Made by a program: the position numbers and the translations under genes. Of a DNA stretch of 33,213 bases, positions 1 through 9,257 are shown in pieces. Where the stretch lies: IMG/VR virus record IMGVR_UViG_3300045988_101411; one strand, given 5' to 3'. The DNA comes from a virus (lineage: Duplodnaviria; Heunggongvirae; Uroviricota; Caudoviricetes). Within the stretch, counting starts at the first letter, position 1. Each line of letters opens with the position of its first letter. Below the pieces are notes generated by a model that was not told where the DNA came from, made no database searches, and saw only the letters and a list, made by a program, of their open reading frames with translations.

Positions 1-105
1 AACCGATCACATACAGCTGCATTTATTAAGGTTATCATCCGTTTCGCTGAAAAACATAACCCATAAAATGCTAGCTGTACCAGGAACCACCTCCTTAGCC
101 TGTGT

Positions 106-133
106 AATCTCCCTTACACGGGCTTATTTTTTA
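106..133. repeat. att core copy (ogr-proximal junction, attR-type)
   Basis: AATCTCCCTTACACGGGCTTATTTTTTA, identical to 32832-32859; matches the P2 att core as I recall it (revcomp AAAAAATAAGCCCGTGTAAGGGAGATT). Confidence 0.9.
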
Positions 134-194
134 CGCGTAATACAATGAAATAAAAGGATTTATTTCTGGTCACGTCCACACATTGACCACATCG

Positions 195-220
195 ACAAAA
201 AAGCCCCTCGACTGAGGGGC
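195..220 (-). terminator. Rho-independent terminator downstream of ogr
   Basis: Stem GCCCCTC (203-209) / GAGGGGC (214-220), 4-nt loop, followed on the minus-strand transcript by a U-run (plus-strand A-run 195-201). Confidence 0.7.
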
Positions 221-233
221 TTCCTGTTTGTAA

Positions 234-452
234 TTACATCCACATAATTTGCTGTCCTGATGGCAACGGGTGCGGCCTTACGGCGTGGACTTCTCCCGGC
301 TTCACGATGTATCGCTGTACCGACTCATAAGTGATGAACGTGGCGCTGCAATTCACGTTCTGGCACTGGTGATAACGCTCTTTTGTCGTGTCAGTGATAT
401 AGCGACTTGTACGCGCATGTGCGGCATGCTGGCATAAAGGACAATGAAACAT
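234..452 (-). CDS. ogr: Ogr late-gene transcriptional activator (C4 zinc finger), 72 aa
   Basis: MFHCPLCQHAAHARTSRYITDTTKERYHQCQNVNCSATF... with CxxC...CxxC; ATG at 450-452 (track ORF is extended to an upstream TTG); position next to D and att as in P2. Confidence 0.9.
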   Translation of the reverse strand: MFHCPLCQHAAHARTSRYITDTTKERYHQCQNVNCSATFITYESVQRYIVKPGEVHAVRPHPLPSGQQIMWM

Positions 453-533
453 CGCGAGCACCTCTTCCGGTTTTTTTGATGGTGTCATTTTAGTTAATTT
501 ATCCTTATAAAACAAACAGATAAAATAAAAACA

Positions 534-1697
534 TCACTCATCATCTTCTGTTTCGTACTCCACATCAGAAAGCCTGACCTCAAGCTCTAAGGACGTCGTG
601 AAGCCGCTATTATTCAGAAAATGTGTCACCTTAGTGATTGTCCAGTCCTGCTCGTCTATGACGCGCTTAAAGCCTGACACTCTGACCGGCGTTTCCGTGT
701 AAATATCAGCCCGACCAGTGGCAAGGCTGATGGAGAACTCCGCAACGCCCCGTTGCAGTTTGTCCCACTTCGCCTGAGCGGCGCGCATTGCCTGCGCTTT
801 CGTGGCATATACCGTGGTCAGGGCAAAAACGTTGTCAGCCTCACCGGCCATGTATTCACCTTCGCGCGCTTCCGGTACTTTTGGTGCTTTCTTCTGCGTG
901 ACCGGTTTCGCTTTCGGGTGCTCCAGTGCGCGCAGGTGTTTTTCTTTCTTTTTGCGTTTCAGTTTTACCTTCTGCTTTTGCGGCTTCGGGTCTTTGGTGT
1001 GTAACCACTTTGCCGTTACGCCGGTGTAAGCTCCACGGTCAGCAATCGCAAAATGATGACGGTCGCCGTCGCTGCGGGTGATGGTAATCTGCGGGATTTT
1101 TTTACCGCTGGCCGTCACCCCCTGCCCCGCTTTGAGAAACAGCAGTTTTCCCATTTTTACCGACACCTCGCCGCCGTTGCGTTCAGCAAGACGGGTCAGG
1201 AATTTCGCATCAGACTCCTGCGACTGGTCGATGTGTGGAATTTTTATTCCGGCCAGTGACGGAGCGACACTGGCTTCCAGCCTGTTACGGGAGGCTATCG
1301 CCTCAACAATCGCACCGAGCGTAATGTCATGCCATGAGCCTTCACGGCGGGAATTGAGCGTCCCGCGAAAATCTGCACTCCGGGCGCGGATGGTGACCAC
1401 ATCCGGCGCGCCCCGGTGTTCAACCTCATCAACGGTAAATTTCCCTTTGCATACCAGGGCAAAACCTTTCCAGCCGATATACACCGTCAGGACAGCGCCA
1501 CGAACCGGCAGCCCGACCTGCCCGTCGGCATCGTTCAGTTCAATATCAAGCTGGTCAGCCTCAAAGCCCCGGTTATCCGTCAGGGTCATGCTCATCAGAC
1601 GGTCGCTGATATTGCCGGTAATATCCCTGCTGTCGAGCATCAGCATGTAATCCGGCGTCAGCGTACTGCCTGCATCAAATGTCAGCGCATCCAGCAT
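534..1697 (-). CDS. D: Tail protein D (late control gene D family), 387 aa
   Basis: ORF length equals P2 gpD as recalled; synteny after U; 1-nt overlap with U stop. Confidence 0.88.
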   Translation of the reverse strand: MLDALTFDAGSTLTPDYMLMLDSRDITGNISDRLMSMTLTDNRGFEADQLDIELNDADGQVGLPVRGAVLTVYIGWKGFALVCKGKFTVDEVEHRGAPDVVTIRARSADFRGTLNSRREGSWHDITLGAIVEAIASRNRLEASVAPSLAGIKIPHIDQSQESDAKFLTRLAERNGGEVSVKMGKLLFLKAGQGVTASGKKIPQITITRSDGDRHHFAIADRGAYTGVTAKWLHTKDPKPQKQKVKLKRKKKEKHLRALEHPKAKPVTQKKAPKVPEAREGEYMAGEADNVFALTTVYATKAQAMRAAQAKWDKLQRGVAEFSISLATGRADIYTETPVRVSGFKRVIDEQDWTITKVTHFLNNSGFTTSLELEVRLSDVEYETEDDE

Positions 1698-2176
1698 TAT
1701 CCCGCCCCCGTCATACCCGTGAATTTAGTCGCCATACTGCCAGCCTTACCGATGAGCGATTCCGCCTGTTTACCGATATCGCCATAAAGCGCGGCCAGTG
1801 ACTCATCAACGCGGGTGAGCGACAGCGTAAAATCAATTTTCCGTGGTGTGCCGTCTGCAAAGAAAATACTCCCTGTTTCACTCACCTTGCTGATGACATA
1901 CATGCCGTAAATCATGCCGGTGCCATCCAGCAACGGCCACGCCCGGCCTTCCTCTGCCATCAGCCTGAGCGTGGTCATCGTCAGCTTTCCGCCGGTCAGT
2001 TCGGGATAAAGCACACCGGCAAGCGTCATGTTTTCCTCGCCAACACCGAGAAACTGGTAGGCATCCCGTTTACCGATACGGGAATTTGACGGCCAGCGAT
2101 AATCTGATTCACGCTGCATGGTCTGGTGTGGCAGCGTCTGGCGCATAAAAACAAACATACCTAACGCGAGCATCAT
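1697..2176 (-). CDS. U: Tail protein U, 159 aa
   Basis: Length and position between T and D as in P2. Confidence 0.85.
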   Translation of the reverse strand: MMLALGMFVFMRQTLPHQTMQRESDYRWPSNSRIGKRDAYQFLGVGEENMTLAGVLYPELTGGKLTMTTLRLMAEEGRAWPLLDGTGMIYGMYVISKVSETGSIFFADGTPRKIDFTLSLTRVDESLAALYGDIGKQAESLIGKAGSMATKFTGMTGAG

Positions 2177-2190
2177 TTTTCGTCACCTCC

Positions 2191-4638
2191 TTAACCGTCA
2201 TGCATCATGCTGGCACGGGCGCGCGCGCGTTTATCCCGCTCGTATTTTTCGAGCGCATCCTGTAACTGGCGGTCAAGCTGTGTCCCCGGCGCAGTACCAC
2301 CCGTCAGGCTGATGTGATATTCGTTTTTACTCTGGTCCACATAAGAGCGGCCAGCCGGTGCCGTAACCGGCTGATAAGCCTGATAGCCTGCATAAGAGCT
2401 GGACGCCGGAATATAACCACCGGTGCCATACGTGGCGGCATGAGCTCTGGCGGCGGTCTGGTCAAGTGTGTCTGACTCTTTGTTGATAACACCGAGTTTT
2501 TCCAGTACCCAGTCAATACCGCTGCACAGTTTGTTGAACGCATTAAGCGGCAGCATCAGCGCGTCAGCCAGTGCCTGCCCGAACATGACGCCCGTGTCAC
2601 GGCAACGGTTCAGCGCGTCCTGGGTGGCTTTGACCGGGGCAATCAGGTTTTTAAACCGCTGCCACGCGGCCTGTAACTTTTCGCCCAGCCAGTCAAACAC
2701 CGGCTTCAGTGGCGTAAACAGTTCCCCCACCGGCGCAAATGCCGCTTTCAGCCCTTCAACCACACCGCCAAAGAATGCGCTGACAGGCTCCCAGTATTTA
2801 CGGATAAGCAACGCCCCGGCGACAATGGCGGCCACCACAGCCACAATCGGCCAGCTAATCGCCCCGATGGCCGTCATAACAGCACTGCCAACCGTCGTGA
2901 AGATTGCCCCCATTGCGCCTGCTGCAGCGATGATGGCATTAATGCCGGTGATAACCGGCCAGGCTACAAGACCAATTGCACCGATGATGCCAATAAGCGC
3001 CAGTGCGCCACCGACAATAAGGCCGATGGTTGACGCCAGTGATTTGTTTTTCTGGATCCAGCCGTCGAGTTTTAACACATACTTTGTGGCCGTCTGCGTG
3101 AGATTACGCAGTGCGCCTTCCTGTTGGTCAAACAGGTCAGTCCCCACCGCCTCATAAGCAGACTGAAACTCCTTAAAGTCACCGCCGAGGTTATCCTGCA
3201 TGATTTTAACCAGCTCTTCCGTTTTACCGTCCGAGGCTTTCAGCGTGGCGGTCAGCTTATCCAGTTTTCCGCTTGCAGCCGCTGCCAGTAAAACGTTCGC
3301 TGATTTCAGGGCTTCCTCACCAAAAATGGTTTTAAGGTATTCCCCCTTCTGAGACGTTCCCAGCTTGTGTTTATCAAAGCTGGCCTGAATCTCTTTCAGA
3401 ATGGTGAACAACGGACGCATATTTCCCTTTTTGTCCGAGGTTTTAACGCCAAGCTCTTTGAGTGCTTCCCATGCTTTCCCTGTCGGAGCCTGTAATCGGG
3501 TGACAACGGCACTACTACCAGTACCCGCCATTGACCCCCTGATGTTATTGTCATGCAGCACACCTGTCATGGCCGCTGCCTGCTCAAGACTTACACCCGC
3601 CGTCCTCGCAACCGGCCCGAGGTAAGTCAGTGCATCACTGAGCCCCTGAAAATCAGCCGCCGACTTATTCATCGTTGCCGACAACACGTCGCCCACATGG
3701 CTGACATCATCATTTGACAGTTGAAAGGATGCCTTAGTCCCCAGCAACAGTTGCGCGTTTTCTTCCATCGACCGCTGATTCGCCAGTGCCATATTCAGCG
3801 TGACCGGCGTTGCCGCCTGAATAGCCGCAGCATCTCCACCCGCTTTCGCAATGATAATCTGCGCACCTGCCGCATCATCCGCCGAGGCGGCGGTATTATC
3901 GCCGAGCTGGCGCGCCTGCTTGCGTAGTGCAGCCATTTCGGCGGAGTCTTTTGCCACTCCGAGCACGGCCTGCAATTCTGAGTTTTTCTGCGCAAACTCA
4001 TAACCGGGCATCAGCAGCTTAACTCCGGCCATCGTTCCCGCCGCCGCAATCCCCACACCGGCAGCGCCCACTGAGGCCATATTTCCGGCCAGTTCCTTGC
4101 CGGCCTGATAACGCTGTTTGACTGCGTTAAGTTTTGCCTGTTGCGCACTGACACGCGCCAGCGCGTCACGCTGCCGGTTAAGCTGTGCGGTGGTTTCACT
4201 GATACGGTTTTTCAGTCCCTGCTCATCATGTGCAAGATTGCGGGTATTAATTCCCACAGCGGCCAGTTCCCGCTGCTGGCGTTTAACGGAATCCGTCAGG
4301 CGGTTATATTTCGCCTGTAAGTCCTCCGCCGCTCGCTTTGCTGATTCCAGCACTTTCGCCTGAGCACGGGTCGGACGTTCGGTGTTTTTAAACTGTGTGG
4401 CAAGGGCTTCGGCCTCCTGCCGTGCCTTTTCAAGTGCATGACCAGTCACGGCGAGCTGTGCACTGGTCTTGCGGAATCCCTCAATACGGGATGCGTGACC
4501 GTTCAGCTCGCGCAGTGATTTTTGTGTTTCCCGGATATCCCCCGACAGCGACTTACTCGCTGTGCGGATGGATTTAAACGGGCGGGATGCCTGGTCAACA
4601 GCCCTGAGCAATACCTGTAATTTTACATTGTTACTCAT
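2191..4638 (-). CDS. T: Tail tape measure protein T, 815 aa
   Basis: Long Ala/Gly-rich coiled-coil N-half and hydrophobic central block typical of tape measures; length matches P2 gpT; immediately downstream of E/E'. Confidence 0.9.
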   Translation of the reverse strand: MSNNVKLQVLLRAVDQASRPFKSIRTASKSLSGDIRETQKSLRELNGHASRIEGFRKTSAQLAVTGHALEKARQEAEALATQFKNTERPTRAQAKVLESAKRAAEDLQAKYNRLTDSVKRQQRELAAVGINTRNLAHDEQGLKNRISETTAQLNRQRDALARVSAQQAKLNAVKQRYQAGKELAGNMASVGAAGVGIAAAGTMAGVKLLMPGYEFAQKNSELQAVLGVAKDSAEMAALRKQARQLGDNTAASADDAAGAQIIIAKAGGDAAAIQAATPVTLNMALANQRSMEENAQLLLGTKASFQLSNDDVSHVGDVLSATMNKSAADFQGLSDALTYLGPVARTAGVSLEQAAAMTGVLHDNNIRGSMAGTGSSAVVTRLQAPTGKAWEALKELGVKTSDKKGNMRPLFTILKEIQASFDKHKLGTSQKGEYLKTIFGEEALKSANVLLAAAASGKLDKLTATLKASDGKTEELVKIMQDNLGGDFKEFQSAYEAVGTDLFDQQEGALRNLTQTATKYVLKLDGWIQKNKSLASTIGLIVGGALALIGIIGAIGLVAWPVITGINAIIAAAGAMGAIFTTVGSAVMTAIGAISWPIVAVVAAIVAGALLIRKYWEPVSAFFGGVVEGLKAAFAPVGELFTPLKPVFDWLGEKLQAAWQRFKNLIAPVKATQDALNRCRDTGVMFGQALADALMLPLNAFNKLCSGIDWVLEKLGVINKESDTLDQTAARAHAATYGTGGYIPASSSYAGYQAYQPVTAPAGRSYVDQSKNEYHISLTGGTAPGTQLDRQLQDALEKYERDKRARARASMMHDG

Positions 4639-5058
4639 TCGTGTTTCCGCTTCGCCGGAGCGCCTTTTCGCGCCATGTGATGAGTTCGGTCAGGCTCATG
4701 GGATACAGTTCTGATGGCGGCCAGTGAAATATCACTGCCACATCCGCCATCAGGTCATCGACCGACAGATTTTTTGGAAACGTCACTGCACCGAGTTCGG
4801 CGACAAAAAACCGACCACCTTACCGGCCAGCGCCACAAGGTCAGGCAGTTCCAGCGCGGCGACTTCCTGCTCGGTCAGCATCGGTGCCGTCATGCGCGGC
4901 AGCACCTTAATCAGTGCATCGACTTCGGAGTTTGCAACCGCAGCCAGACTGACACCGCGTAGCGTCCCGGCATTGGGTTTCATCAGCGTGACCTGTTCGA
5001 TAACCTGCTCACCACGTTTGACCGGATTGTCCAGGGTAATGACATTTTCTTTGTTCAT
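4631..5058 (-). CDS. E+E': Tail assembly chaperone E+E' produced by programmed -1 frameshift (slip site T_TTT_TTG at 4804-4810, minus strand)
   Basis: Manual translation: after the heptamer the -1 frame stays open for 59 codons to a TAA at 4631-4633 that overlaps the T start codon (4636-4638); total about 142 aa, matching P2 E+E'. Confidence 0.75.
4783..5058 (-). CDS. E: Tail assembly chaperone E, 91 aa
   Basis: Length and position between FII and T; ends ...GFLSPNSVQ* over a slippery run. Confidence 0.85.
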   Translation of the reverse strand: MNKENVITLDNPVKRGEQVIEQVTLMKPNAGTLRGVSLAAVANSEVDALIKVLPRMTAPMLTEQEVAALELPDLVALAGKVVGFLSPNSVQ

Positions 5059-5114
5059 GGTTTTCTCACTTCTGAATCAGGGTTAACCGGCCAGCCAGGC
5101 TGACCGGATGAAAA

Positions 5115-5633
5115 TCACAGGCCGATATTGCGGCGGTGTTGCTCCAGCCGGTCGACGCCGTTCACCTTTTCAATCATGTTGATGGTGTCAATTTCGACCA
5201 GCTCCTTACCGTCCATCGTCAGCCGGAAATAGGTGCAGACCACGGAGATTTTCGACTCGGTGTCTTCTCCCTGTTTGCCCTCGCCGGTGTCGATTTCTTT
5301 CTGACGTCCACGCATGACCACTTCGACGGCCACCGTTTCGCCGGTATCGTCGCGCTGGTAAGAGCCTGCAAAACGAATCGGCACGGCATCCACGCCGGTT
5401 GCGGCGTAAAGCTCCCAGATAACCGAATCCGGGAAGCCCCCGAGCGACCACTCCATTGACAGCGCATCGTCATCAAGGCCGAGGTCTACCGGTGCGCTGC
5501 CGTTCATCCCCGCACCGCGATAGTTTTCGAGCTTACGGGTCAGTTTTGGCAGCGTGACGGACTTTGCAACGCCCTGATAGCTGTAGCCGTTCAGAAAGAC
5601 GTTCATTAACTTGAGTTTGCGCGGCATTGCCAT
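5115..5633 (-). CDS. FII: Tail tube protein FII, 172 aa
   Basis: Length and synteny after FI. Confidence 0.88.
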   Translation of the reverse strand: MAMPRKLKLMNVFLNGYSYQGVAKSVTLPKLTRKLENYRGAGMNGSAPVDLGLDDDALSMEWSLGGFPDSVIWELYAATGVDAVPIRFAGSYQRDDTGETVAVEVVMRGRQKEIDTGEGKQGEDTESKISVVCTYFRLTMDGKELVEIDTINMIEKVNGVDRLEQHRRNIGL

Positions 5634-5645
5634 CGGTCAGGCTCC

Positions 5646-6836
5646 TTAATTGCTGTTAACCGAGGTGACCAGATTTGCCAGGTATTTATCGGTAATACGC
5701 TGGCGCAGGGTCAGGTTTTCGAGAGGAGGCACCGGTGTATAGTCGTAGTCGATATACAGTTTTCCGGCCTTGAGGGTTTCCGCATCGTTGGATTCTTCGC
5801 TGAACCAGCATGAGCCATCCACGATATAGCCGTTTGTTTTCAGCTCACGGAATTTGGCATTGATGCCGTCAACGATGTCGCGAATCAGCGTTGCGGTGAT
5901 GGGCTTGTCCACCGCCCACATGTGCGCCTCAGCCATCGTGTCGGCCAGCACCTGCGCGGTGCGGGTGTAGTTTTCAAAGAGGAACAGCGGGTCATCAGAG
6001 CAGGTACGGTTACCCCAGAAGCGGAAACCGTCGCGGCGAATCAGCGTTGTGACGCCTGACTCGTTAAGCAGGTCAGCATCGGTGCCGGACTCCTGCAAAT
6101 CCCAGAATACAGAGGCGCTGATGCCGGTAACACCGTTCACCCCAACGTTGGACAGCGTTTTATGCCAGCCCTGCTCCTGGTCGATTTTAGCGCGCAGACC
6201 CAGCGCACGGGCGGTGGCATACGCGGTGGCGGTGGTACTGGTGACCGTATCCCATGCGAGGAAATCCGGCCAGATGACCATCAGCTCACGCTGGCTGAAA
6301 TTCTGGCGGTAGGCTTTCACCTCGGAAATGGTCTTACATCCCCATGCGCTGATATACCCGAAAGCACGCAGCTTCTGACAGACTGATGCCAGTGCAACAG
6401 CCACCTCTTTGGTGTCCAGTCCCGGCACGCCGAGAATACGCGGTTTAACACCAGTTACCGACTCCGCCGCCAGCAGGGCTTTCAGTCCAGTGTACTGACC
6501 GTTTTCGTCGGTGGTGCCGATGATATTGGAAACGGTCTGCGCGAGTTTCGTTTCCTCGTCGTCGCCGGTGCCGTCTTCCACACGCACGACAACGGTGACC
6601 GGTTTTGACTGGTCGGCGATAGCCTGCAACGATGCCGCCAGCGTGCCTTTTTTACCGGCCTTTGCAATCGCGCTCTGCACATTGGTAATCAGCACCGGTT
6701 TATTGAGGGGGAAGGTTTCCGCATCCGCATCGCTGGCCGTGCAGACCATGCCGACAATGGCGGTGGATACGGTGGAAATGACGCGGGTGCCGTCGTTAAT
6801 CTCCAGCACCTGCACGCCATGATGATAGTCGCTCAT
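5646..6836 (-). CDS. FI: Contractile tail sheath protein FI, 396 aa
   Basis: Length and synteny; first gene of the FI-FII-E-T-U-D late operon. Confidence 0.9.
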   Translation of the reverse strand: MSDYHHGVQVLEINDGTRVISTVSTAIVGMVCTASDADAETFPLNKPVLITNVQSAIAKAGKKGTLAASLQAIADQSKPVTVVVRVEDGTGDDEETKLAQTVSNIIGTTDENGQYTGLKALLAAESVTGVKPRILGVPGLDTKEVAVALASVCQKLRAFGYISAWGCKTISEVKAYRQNFSQRELMVIWPDFLAWDTVTSTTATAYATARALGLRAKIDQEQGWHKTLSNVGVNGVTGISASVFWDLQESGTDADLLNESGVTTLIRRDGFRFWGNRTCSDDPLFLFENYTRTAQVLADTMAEAHMWAVDKPITATLIRDIVDGINAKFRELKTNGYIVDGSCWFSEESNDAETLKAGKLYIDYDYTPVPPLENLTLRQRITDKYLANLVTSVNSN

Positions 6837-6935
6837 CCGTTTAACTCCGTGGTTAATGGGTGCAACTATTTTCTGTTGGGCAGTGCATGAGACGCTATTT
6901 GACCTGGCTGGTCAGTGGATGAAACAACAGATAAA
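6837..6935 (-). promoter_or_regulatory. Candidate late promoter P_F region (Ogr-dependent) upstream of FI
   Basis: About 100 bp between the upstream terminator and the FI ATG; contains TGT-N12-CCA (minus strand, plus coordinates 6909-6926) resembling the TGT-N12-ACA activator site I recall for P2 late promoters; exact promoter elements not verified. Confidence 0.35.
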
Positions 6936-6959
6936 GAAAAGGCGGGCAATCAGCCCGCC
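6935..6959 (-). terminator. Rho-independent terminator ending the G/cargo transcript before P_F
   Basis: Stem GGCGGGC (6941-6947) / GCCCGCC (6953-6959), 5-nt loop, U-run on the minus-strand transcript (plus-strand AGAAAA 6935-6940). Confidence 0.7.
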
Positions 6960-7270
6960 AGTCTTGATTTGTACTCGCTCAGTTTCCAACTGACAATTTA
7001 CGTAGCCAAAACGCTATCAGCTCTGACAGCCAGCTTTGAGCGAGTCGAAAAAGTTCATACCTTTCTGCTGGTGAAAGTTTAACTAACAGTTCAACCTATC
7101 AATTAATTGATGAACAGGTTGAGGCGTTTTTAATATCTCTGCGTCATCTGAGACGATTTTGCGCTACAGGATTTACGGCTTATCTGGGGGCATTCTTGAG
7201 CCCTGACTCCTCTGAAAACATAATTAGGCCATACCTGTGACCTGCTCTTCGTTGGTAAGGTTAGCGAATA

Positions 7271-8350
7271 TTAATCTGAGTCCATTTTCCCAAACTCTGT
7301 CAGGCCGAAAACGGAGCTACCAGAAACATGAGCTTGTAAGCCCGCTTCCTGCATGTCACTCAATTCAACTTCTTGGCTATCCTCTAATCCGATAGAGAAC
7401 ATGGGATAGGCCCAGTTCCAATTCGGATCAGGAACCAAACTATTATTCTCTATCTTGAAAAAGCTGACCATGAGATGATGCCTTCCCTGTATCGCCTCTT
7501 CATCATTGATGTTGACCAGTACACCAAAGTGCTTGTAGCCGGCTTGTCCATTCTCGAACATTTTTATCTTGGTGCCGTTTCTGAACATCCAAAAAGAATG
7601 ATTTCCAGTGGAATCAGCGACCTGCAAGTTATCTTCGTCAATTTCCCAATTAAGATATTGTTTGATATCAGACTTTGGTTTGAGTTTTTCGTCATTACTA
7701 AACCATTGTATTGCCGGAAGTGGAAGGTGAAGACCTTCCGGCTGGGGAGGCTGACCTGCAGCAATGGAATGCATGATCTCTGTCATTGATGGAAGCCCCA
7801 TCAAATGCCATACATCATGGATATCCTTTTTAAGTATAAGAAGCCCTTTGGATACACCATCCGCGTAAGTTGACTTTAAGCGGACTAGTATGTCCTTGTT
7901 ACCATCTTTGTCGAGGTCTTCAATGTTTACTGAAGAAGCCACAACCTCGTCGTCCCCTGCGTCTGGGATGATTGCCCAATACCCAATATCGTAGAATCCA
8001 GGTCTGCCAACCACCTTATCTATCAAACTCTGTCCAGAGGGCTCGAAGACCATCAGGAAACGGCTAAGGGCACCATTTGTGCTCACAGCTCTTCCGTAGA
8101 CTACAACGGAGTTTGAGGTGCTTAGATCGAGAGACTCGCTAGCCACTGAGTCAAACGCCACTGAGTCCAAATGTGTGGCAAGCTGCTGCTGGATGCACTC
8201 CCGAGCCATTTCAACTAATTTTTCGCGAACATCAGCAGATCGTATTGGCTGTGAAGTGAAATGGAAAAGCCCTACTGTAGCCGCTATGCCTATTATTCCC
8301 GAAATAACGGTACTTAGAACCTGCTCCTTTACCACTTTCACAACTTTCAT
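7271..8350 (-). CDS. Cargo gene at the Z/fun hotspot: membrane-anchored protein of unknown function (about 359 aa from ATG 8350; track gives a GTG start at 8380)
   Basis: N-terminal hydrophobic helix VLSTVISGIIGIAATVGLFHF; DLDKDGNKD (DxDxDGxxD) motif encoded at 7892-7918; AT-rich relative to backbone; located between G and FI where P2 carries Z/fun. Confidence 0.8.
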   Translation of the reverse strand: MKVVKVVKEQVLSTVISGIIGIAATVGLFHFTSQPIRSADVREKLVEMARECIQQQLATHLDSVAFDSVASESLDLSTSNSVVVYGRAVSTNGALSRFLMVFEPSGQSLIDKVVGRPGFYDIGYWAIIPDAGDDEVVASSVNIEDLDKDGNKDILVRLKSTYADGVSKGLLILKKDIHDVWHLMGLPSMTEIMHSIAAGQPPQPEGLHLPLPAIQWFSNDEKLKPKSDIKQYLNWEIDEDNLQVADSTGNHSFWMFRNGTKIKMFENGQAGYKHFGVLVNINDEEAIQGRHHLMVSFFKIENNSLVPDPNWNWAYPMFSIGLEDSQEVELSDMQEAGLQAHVSGSSVFGLTEFGKMDSD

Positions 8351-8678
8351 CAATAGCTTCTTCAACTTCACTTCAGGCACCTAAATACTATTAAACTTGT
8401 CATGGGAAAATCCGATTATTATTGTAGAGAACAACAAAAACTGGCCTCGATTTTAGAGTTTTTCCAGTATCTATTTTCCGACTCGTTCGGCGGTAATCCA
8501 CCGTTATATTCATGAGGCCGGGGTGCACTATAATATTCAACTATATACTCTGTTTGTAGTGGCACATTAAATTTGGTGACAGATATGCATCACGTCCGCT
8601 CCTAGCACAGAGCGGACAGTCAGATTAGGTTTTACTCTGTGCCATAGATGAGTAATCTCACACCAGAGCTAATACGAT

Positions 8679-9257
8679 TTATTGCGGCATTTCAGGCCAT
8701 TCTATATCCGGAGCATTTTCCGGCTGAACGCGATTAAGTAGCACACGGTATTTTTTCCAGTGTGTCAGGCTTAACTTTTCTTCCTCGGTAGCCATATCTA
8801 AATCGACAGCATCCTGCAGCATGGCAATGATTTCACCTGCATATGCAATCTGCTCTTTCTTCTGAGACTCAGCCGCTCTGACAAGTGCATCACGCTCTGC
8901 ATTCTCATCATTCACCCACGCATTTCCGTTCCATTTCTGATAATCCCCCTCCGGGGAAATGGCTGTCACGTCTGGAGGTAATGCGCCAAGTTCAGAAATA
9001 TAAATGGCTGCTCCCGTTTTCGTTTCGTAGACAGTCTTTCCGCGATGATCTTCCATCAGTTCCCATTTCATTTCATCTGCATTGAAAACGGCTGCATAAC
9101 CAGCAGGAATATCAGGTGGTGCAATATCTGTACTGTTTGCAGGCAGGCCAGTATACGGCGGAATATATGCATCACTTTCGCCAATAAACTCATTGGTTCC
9201 ATCAAGTAAATTGAAAACGCGGATAGTTTGTGCTTCCGCACTCATTCTGAAAGCCAT
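8679..9257 (-). CDS. G: Tail fibre assembly protein (Tfa), 192 aa
   Basis: Immediately downstream of H with 1-nt overlap; Tfa-like composition; P2 gpG position (P2 G is shorter, about 175 aa, as recalled). Confidence 0.8.
   Translation of the reverse strand: MAFRMSAEAQTIRVFNLLDGTNEFIGESDAYIPPYTGLPANSTDIAPPDIPAGYAAVFNADEMKWELMEDHRGKTVYETKTGAAIYISELGALPPDVTAISPEGDYQKWNGNAWVNDENAERDALVRAAESQKKEQIAYAGEIIAMLQDAVDLDMATEEEKLSLTHWKKYRVLLNRVQPENAPDIEWPEMPQ

Noticed and set aside
1-105. tRNA or tmRNA gene at the integration site
   Set aside because: Many prophages integrate into tRNA 3' ends, but I see no cloverleaf-compatible sequence or CCA-proximal acceptor stem in either flank, and P2 locus-type sites are not tRNA genes.
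2468-3157. 229-aa plus-strand ORF (and several other 60-200 aa plus-strand ORFs between 750 and 20000)
   Set aside because: They lie antisense inside well-supported minus-strand structural genes (T, D, H and others), have low-complexity Ser/Ala/Arg-rich translations and no ribosome-binding context; typical spurious ORFs in GC-rich coding DNA.
8593-8621. Inverted repeat GTCCGCT / AGCGGAC downstream of G as a terminator
   Set aside because: No adjacent U-run on either strand; the convincing terminator for this transcript is at 6941-6959.
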